Virus record (IMG/VR): IMGVR_UViG_3300008448_008004 | Location: 29,829 to 93,828 of that record | DNA length: 64,000 nucleotides | Reading direction: 5' to 3' (one strand) | DNA from: a virus | Shown here: positions 58,959 through 64,000 of the stretch, in pieces | Layout: the number at the start of each line of letters is the position of its first letter | Position numbering within the stretch: the stretch's first letter is position 1 | Notes under the pieces: model-generated | Seen by the model: only the letters and a program-made list of their open reading frames with translations | The model's database searches: none | What the model was told of the DNA's origin: nothing | Program-made: the position numbers and the translations under genes

Positions 58959-59613
58959 CGACAAGATTATGCAGACGGTGTCTGCATATTGTTTAGCGAA
59001 CAATATTGAAAATGTTGATGACTTTATCTATAAATGTTTTAGACAAGGTTTCGATATTGAAAAATATGGTTTTTTGGGAAAAACACTTAATGAAGGTGAA
59101 AAAGACTTAATTAAGGAGGTAATTGTTGAAAAACGGGTGGAAGTACCGGTTGAAGTAATTAAAGAAGTTGAAAAACTGGTTGAGGTTCCTGTTGAAGTAA
59201 TTAAAGAAATACCGGTAGAAAAAGTTGTAATTCAAGAGGTAATCAAAGAAGTTCCGATAGATAGAGTTATTGAAAAAGAAATCTATATAACTGACGATAC
59301 CCAACTAAATGAACTGTTGTTAAAAATACAACAGTTGGAACAAGAAATTTCCACTAAAACTACCGAAATCAATACAATTAGACAAGAATTTTCCACTAAA
59401 ACACAAGAAATGGAAAATAATTTCCAAAATACGGACAACAACAAACTTCAAATGTTACAACAGACTATCACAAACTTAAATGTTGAGATTAGAGATTTGA
59501 AGACAAAAAACAAAGAATTAGAAAATAAACTGTTAGAACAACCAAAAGATAGTGATTTCACAAGAGCACGTTTTCATGGGAGTTCTAACCTAAACGATGG
59601 ATTATATAAATAA
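58915..59613 (+). CDS. Protein with EVPVE/VIKE repeats and a coiled coil (true start may be 58930 or 58951)
   Basis: IKEVIVEKRVEVPVEVIKEVEKLVEVPVEVIKEIPVEKVV...; 20-bp near repeat at 59341/59383. Confidence 0.7.
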   Translation: MKILKMEQKNSKMLNDKIMQTVSAYCLANNIENVDDFIYKCFRQGFDIEKYGFLGKTLNEGEKDLIKEVIVEKRVEVPVEVIKEVEKLVEVPVEVIKEIPVEKVVIQEVIKEVPIDRVIEKEIYITDDTQLNELLLKIQQLEQEISTKTTEINTIRQEFSTKTQEMENNFQNTDNNKLQMLQQTITNLNVEIRDLKTKNKELENKLLEQPKDSDFTRARFHGSSNLNDGLYK

Positions 59614-59615
59614 CT

Positions 59616-59963
59616 ATGAATCTTTTAATGTGGGCTTTCGTCGCCTATGGAATGACGACAATTTTAGTATACGGTTCAATTTTTAATGGACTAAGAAATG
59701 GAATTCATAAATGGGGTAATAACAAATACGCACCATTTAACTTTTTAGGTAAGTTCTTATCTGGATTAATTTCATGTATGTTATGTACAGGAACATGGGT
59801 AGGGTTCTTCTTATCTTTAGCTTACTTTTCACCAAACGCAGAATATGTTGGACAAAATGAAATTTTATCCGTATTCTTTGATGGTATGTTAAGTGCTGGA
59901 TTTGTATGGGCAATTAACGGAGTAATCGAGTGGTTTGAAGAAAATAGACCAAATAATAAATAA
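59616..59963 (+). CDS. Small membrane protein, DUF1360-like (C-x2-C)
   Basis: Three hydrophobic segments; LISCMLCTGTWVG. Confidence 0.6.
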   Translation: MNLLMWAFVAYGMTTILVYGSIFNGLRNGIHKWGNNKYAPFNFLGKFLSGLISCMLCTGTWVGFFLSLAYFSPNAEYVGQNEILSVFFDGMLSAGFVWAINGVIEWFEENRPNNK

Positions 59964-59980
59964 TAACTAAATAAAATAAA

Positions 59981-60220
59981 ATGGGAAAAGCAGCAAAAGC
60001 ACACAGACTAAAAGTTCAAAAAAGGAATAATAGACTAAAGCACACTCAAAACAAAATCTCAAAAGAATGGAATGATGCCATGAAAGAACAAATGGATAAA
60101 TTAAGAGAAGAGTTTGCAAAAATGTCAGCAGAAACTGAAAATAACATAACCACTGAAACAACTGATGAAGCGACCATTACGGAAGAACCACAATCAGCTG
60201 AACCTGTTTCAGCCAACTAA
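59981..60220 (+). CDS. Hypothetical protein with basic N-terminus and acidic C-terminus
   Basis: MGKAAKAHRLKVQKRN...; A-rich upstream region. Confidence 0.65.
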   Translation: MGKAAKAHRLKVQKRNNRLKHTQNKISKEWNDAMKEQMDKLREEFAKMSAETENNITTETTDEATITEEPQSAEPVSAN

Positions 60221-60239
60221 ACAATACAATTACGATATA

Positions 60240-62570
60240 ATGATAAAAGACCTTGATTTTTCAAAGTTTACTAATCCTACCATTCAGGTAGTTTGGGAAG
60301 ACTTGCCGGAAAACTTTACACAAGATAAAATAAAGTCGGTTAAACACTACTTTTCAAAAAAGTATAACACGACCAATGTAAACGTTTTAACAAAGGCAAA
60401 AGTTACCAACACTGAAGAAACACAGAGTATTGATGTATCGATGAATATAACCGATACAAACTACCAATTGGGGTTAATTAAACAATACTTGGAAACAAAA
60501 GGTTATAACGACTACTTGGAGTCAGTATTATCTATTAACCGAATGGTTGAAAATAAGATAGCTGAAAAACAAGAGGAAACCGCTCAATTTAAAAAGTGGT
60601 ATATCAAAAACATTGAGTTCTCGAATTTCCTTTCTTATGGTGAAAATCAAAGATTGGATTTCGAGAAACTGAATGGAATTGTAGTAGTTGAGTCAGACCC
60701 ACCAAACTTCGGTGGGAAGACCGTTTTATCTGTGGACCTTTTAATGTTCTTATTCTTTAATGAAACGACTAAGACAACAAAGGCTGAAGAAATATTCAAT
60801 CGTTTTACAGATAAAGACAAAGTTTATGTTAAAGGTGAAGTTTCAATAGATGGTGAAGATTACATCATAATTAGAACTATTGAACGTAAGTTATCTAAAA
60901 AGGGAGAATGGAACGTTAAAACTGAGTTGGACTTTTTTAAGAAGTTGTCTGACGGTAGTTTACAAAACTTTACAGGGGAACAAAGAAGAGAAACTGAAGC
61001 GTTTATTAAAACTTCTATTGGAACAAAAGAGGACTTCTTAATGACCATTCTTACAACGGCATCAAACCTTGAAGAACTATTGGAAGCAAAACCAACGGCG
61101 AGAGGTCAGGTCCTTTCAAGATTCATGGGATTAGAGTTTTTAAAAACAAAAGAGGAAATAGCAAAAGAAGTTTATTCTGACTTTTCAAAATCTAAGATGT
61201 CAAATGTATATTCATCACAACAATTAAAAGATGATATTCAAACACATGAAGAATCAATTAAAACTTTATTAGAGCAAATAGAGGAGAAGAAAAAAGAATT
61301 GATTGATGTTGAAGATGCGATAACAAAAGGTAAAAGTTATCGTGATGATATGTTAAAGAAAAAACATACAAACATCGACAAAGATTTAAGTCTTTTGAAT
61401 CCAACAAAGACACAAGAAGAAATCAACACGATTGATTTTGAAAAGAAAGGCTTTGTTTCTAAAATTAATGAGTTAAAAGTTGTTGAACCAAAAGAATTTT
61501 ACAACGAAGAATTACATGATAAAGTTAAAGAAGAAATAAAAGAACTTTATAAAGAGATAGTTAGAATTGATACTGAAATATCTTCAATAAATAAATTGAA
61601 GTCATCTGTTGAGGGTGGAATCAAATGTGAACATTGTGGGATTGAACTAATGAATGCAGCAATCACAAATGCAAAGATTGCTGAACTTGATGGATATATC
61701 CTGCAAAAACAGTCAAATGAAGCGGCAATGACGGTTTTATCCCACACAGAAGAAACTTTTGTTGATTTAAAAAAGGACTTTGATGAGTATGAGAAAAATA
61801 AACTAATCAAAGAAAAGTATGAGGTAAGTATTGAGAGTTGCGATTTGAAAATAATTTCTTTGAAAGATAAAATCAAAAGGTGGGAAGAAATTCAAGATAA
61901 AATCCAAGAAAACCAAAAGATTGATTCGATGTTGATTAAAGCTGATTTGAGATTAGACGAACTTGACGGACAAAAAAGAACAATCAACAATACAATTTCA
62001 ACTAATGAATTTTCAATCACATCTTTAAAAGAAAAGATTGAGAACAATCAAAAAATGATTGTTAAAATCCAAGAAGAGGAAGAAAGAGAAAAAATTTATA
62101 AAGTATACTTAGAACTTTTTGGTAAAAACGGTATTTCTAAAATGATAATGAAAACTATGATGCCACTAATCAACTCAGAACTTCAAAGGTTAATGGAAGA
62201 TAGTTCATACTTTAAACTTGAAATTAGAATCTCAGATAAAAATGAAGTTGAGTTTGTGATGATTGATAATGGAACAGGAATTGAAAAACTAATGGTTTCT
62301 GGTTCAGGATTTGAGAGAACAATAGCAGCACTCGCTCTTCGTTCAGTATTAAGTAAGATATGTAGTTTGCCAAAACCCAACGTGATTGTGTTTGATGAGG
62401 TGTTTGGAAAAATTAGTAATGATAACCTTGAGATGGTTGCTGAGTTTTTCATTAAAATTAAAGAATATTTTGATAAAATATTTGTTATAACCCATAATCC
62501 CCTTGTAAATCAATGGAGTGATAGCGTTGTAAAAATAAAAAAAGAAAATAACGTGTCAAAAGTTTTGTAG
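60240..62570 (+). CDS. sbcC: Rad50/SbcC (T4 gp46-like) ATPase with an extra N-terminal domain
   Basis: I.F.NFLSYG, variant Walker A SDPPNFGGKT, zinc hook CEHC, signature SGFE, Walker B VFDE and H-loop ITHN; start is uncertain (track gives 60165). Confidence 0.85.
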   Translation: MIKDLDFSKFTNPTIQVVWEDLPENFTQDKIKSVKHYFSKKYNTTNVNVLTKAKVTNTEETQSIDVSMNITDTNYQLGLIKQYLETKGYNDYLESVLSINRMVENKIAEKQEETAQFKKWYIKNIEFSNFLSYGENQRLDFEKLNGIVVVESDPPNFGGKTVLSVDLLMFLFFNETTKTTKAEEIFNRFTDKDKVYVKGEVSIDGEDYIIIRTIERKLSKKGEWNVKTELDFFKKLSDGSLQNFTGEQRRETEAFIKTSIGTKEDFLMTILTTASNLEELLEAKPTARGQVLSRFMGLEFLKTKEEIAKEVYSDFSKSKMSNVYSSQQLKDDIQTHEESIKTLLEQIEEKKKELIDVEDAITKGKSYRDDMLKKKHTNIDKDLSLLNPTKTQEEINTIDFEKKGFVSKINELKVVEPKEFYNEELHDKVKEEIKELYKEIVRIDTEISSINKLKSSVEGGIKCEHCGIELMNAAITNAKIAELDGYILQKQSNEAAMTVLSHTEETFVDLKKDFDEYEKNKLIKEKYEVSIESCDLKIISLKDKIKRWEEIQDKIQENQKIDSMLIKADLRLDELDGQKRTINNTISTNEFSITSLKEKIENNQKMIVKIQEEEEREKIYKVYLELFGKNGISKMIMKTMMPLINSELQRLMEDSSYFKLEIRISDKNEVEFVMIDNGTGIEKLMVSGSGFERTIAALALRSVLSKICSLPKPNVIVFDEVFGKISNDNLEMVAEFFIKIKEYFDKIFVITHNPLVNQWSDSVVKIKKENNVSKVL

Positions 62571-62592
62571 AATCAAAATTTCACTATCTTTG
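62564..62592 (+). promoter_or_regulatory. Bacteroidota-type promoter for the sigma operon
   Basis: TTTG-N17-TATCTTTG; perfect -7 box, short spacer. Confidence 0.6.
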
Positions 62593-62614
62593 TAAAATAA
62601 ACAAAAAGATATTT

Positions 62615-63208
62615 ATGAGAAAGAAAAAAGAAAAAATGGAATCACTAGACAAAAGATATATGCTTTTTATTTTTGGTGATTTCACTGAAATGGAAACATT
62701 TATTGATGAAATTTCGTATCAGCTAATTACGGTAGTTTCTAGTGAATACTTGAAGTTTAATTACGGAGAGTTTGGAATGGTTTTACACTTTAGAACCAAA
62801 GAAACTTTTGAAGAACTGAAGGAATATATCGATATGTGCTTAGAGGGGCAAGTAGAACAGTATTTTTTGATGGAAGCAACAGAAAACGTGGACATCAAAA
62901 TGGAGAGAAAATTGAAGAAAGATTTTTTAAACATTGATGGAGTAAAAAAAGAAAACAAGAACAAAGAAGTAGACGTAGAAAAATTAAGTGAAGAAAAAAA
63001 GAAAAGATTAGGTAATATGATGGATTTTATTATACCTTTGTCGGAAGATATCCTTGAGTTCCCGATGAAGTTTAAAAGACCTGAGTCACCTAAACCAACA
63101 GCGGACCAAATTTTAGATAAAATATCAGAGAAAGGAATCGAGTCATTAACAGAAGAAGAGAAACAAATTTTAGACAATTATGGAAAGAGAGAAAATGGAG
63201 GACGTTAA
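62615..63208 (+). CDS. Hypothetical protein with a C-terminal DUF6576-like helical motif
   Basis: DQILDKISEKGIESLTEEEKQILD. Confidence 0.6.
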   Translation: MRKKKEKMESLDKRYMLFIFGDFTEMETFIDEISYQLITVVSSEYLKFNYGEFGMVLHFRTKETFEELKEYIDMCLEGQVEQYFLMEATENVDIKMERKLKKDFLNIDGVKKENKNKEVDVEKLSEEKKKRLGNMMDFIIPLSEDILEFPMKFKRPESPKPTADQILDKISEKGIESLTEEEKQILDNYGKRENGGR

Positions 63209-63995
63209 ATCGTCAAACCCCCTAAATCAGGATGAAATTCAAATTTACCTTAAAGACATTCGAAAACTAAAAGTCATGACCCCTGAAAGGGAAAGATTTT
63301 TAGCCGAACGAATTTCATCAACGGATTGTAGTGACCGTGAGAAAGATGCAATTCAAAAAGAAATGCTCGAAGGTAATTTACGTTTTGTAATCACAGTGGC
63401 AAAACAGTACCAAAATCAAGGAATTGATTTATCAGACTTAATTGCTGAAGGAAACTACGGTTTGATGAAAGCTATTAAAAACTTTGATTGGACCAAAAAC
63501 AACCGATTTATATCATATGCGGTTTGGTGGATTAAACAATCAATCTTACAATCTCTAAACGATAATTCTCGAACTATTCGTCTACCTGTTAATGTTGTTC
63601 AGGAAATGCAAAAAGAAAAGAAAGAAAACGAGAAGACTAACAAGGAACTTTCAAGTAAGTTTGCAACACTACCTCGTATGATTGACCTTGACATGCACAT
63701 CAACGAAGACGGTGACACTTTAATTGACATCATCAAAAATGATAACGTGGAATCACCTGATGAGGTATTCAACACTAAAGATGTTTTGAAACGAAAGATG
63801 ATGGATATTATGTCCGTATTAGATGAACGTGAAAGAGTTATTGTTGAAGACTATTATGGAATTACAGGAACTCCTCGCACTTTGGAAGACATAGGTTCAG
63901 ATTTTTCTTTAACAAAAGAACGTGTTCGTCAGATTAAAGAGAAGGCACTTAGAAAACTTCGTAACGAATGTTCAGATTTATTTGAATATTTATGA
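63180..63995 (+). CDS. Phage-encoded RpoD/SigA-family sigma factor (start may be 63195)
   Basis: YLKDI (1.2), NLRFVITVAKQYQNQG..L.DLI.EGN.GL.KA (2.1-2.2), FISYAVWWIKQSILQ (2.3-2.4) and TLEDIG..F.LTKERVRQIKEKALRKLR (4.2). Confidence 0.9.
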   Translation: MEREKMEDVKSSNPLNQDEIQIYLKDIRKLKVMTPERERFLAERISSTDCSDREKDAIQKEMLEGNLRFVITVAKQYQNQGIDLSDLIAEGNYGLMKAIKNFDWTKNNRFISYAVWWIKQSILQSLNDNSRTIRLPVNVVQEMQKEKKENEKTNKELSSKFATLPRMIDLDMHINEDGDTLIDIIKNDNVESPDEVFNTKDVLKRKMMDIMSVLDERERVIVEDYYGITGTPRTLEDIGSDFSLTKERVRQIKEKALRKLRNECSDLFEYL

Positions 63996-64000
63996 TAAAA

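Noticed and set aside
62610-62617. TATTTATG as a late promoter
   Set aside because: It overlaps the ATG itself, and a host-type promoter lies just upstream; probably chance
1-64000. Stop-codon reassignment as in some large Bacteroidota phages
   Set aside because: Genes are full-length in code 11, and both TAG (19684, 62570) and TGA (52012, 63995) end genes at their expected positions

Overview
The window is a 64 kb, AT-rich, densely coding segment of a large (probably jumbo) contractile-tailed phage; every credible gene is on the + strand. The host is most likely Bacteroidota (Flavobacteria-like). The evidence is TTTG-N17-19-TAnnTTTG promoters, a Bacteroidota-type RpoD-like sigma, SprB-type repeats and A-rich starts without clear Shine-Dalgarno sites. 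Layout: (1) tail tube, chaperone, tape measure, and two giant tube-initiator/hub proteins (1-16.5 kb); (2) SSB, RecA, 5'-3' exonuclease, DnaB, NrdB, NrdA (17.5-26 kb); (3) gp25/gp6-like wedge genes and a long run of Thr/Ser/Gly/Cys-rich baseplate, fibre and adhesin genes with an embedded glycosyltransferase (26-54.3 kb); (4) RuvC, primase, PD-(D/E)XK nuclease, SbcD/SbcC and sigma (54.3-64 kb). The best candidate for a new system is a virion O-glycosylation ('glycocalyx') module. A GT60-like polypeptide alpha-GlcNAc transferase sits between a Gly-Ser/Thr fibre and a mucin-like (Pro-Thr)n protein, and neighbouring structural proteins are strongly enriched in an [ST]-[GA]-x-T motif. Other signals are a probable +1 frameshift (UUU_UUU_CGU_C) in the tail chaperone, a TATTTAT putative late promoter, an OmpA-like domain inside a tail protein, shuffled Cys-rich modules, and an apparently repartitioned Mre11/Rad50 pair. 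No tRNA, rRNA, CRISPR array, intein or reverse transcriptase was seen. All family assignments come from motif recognition by eye, not database searches.
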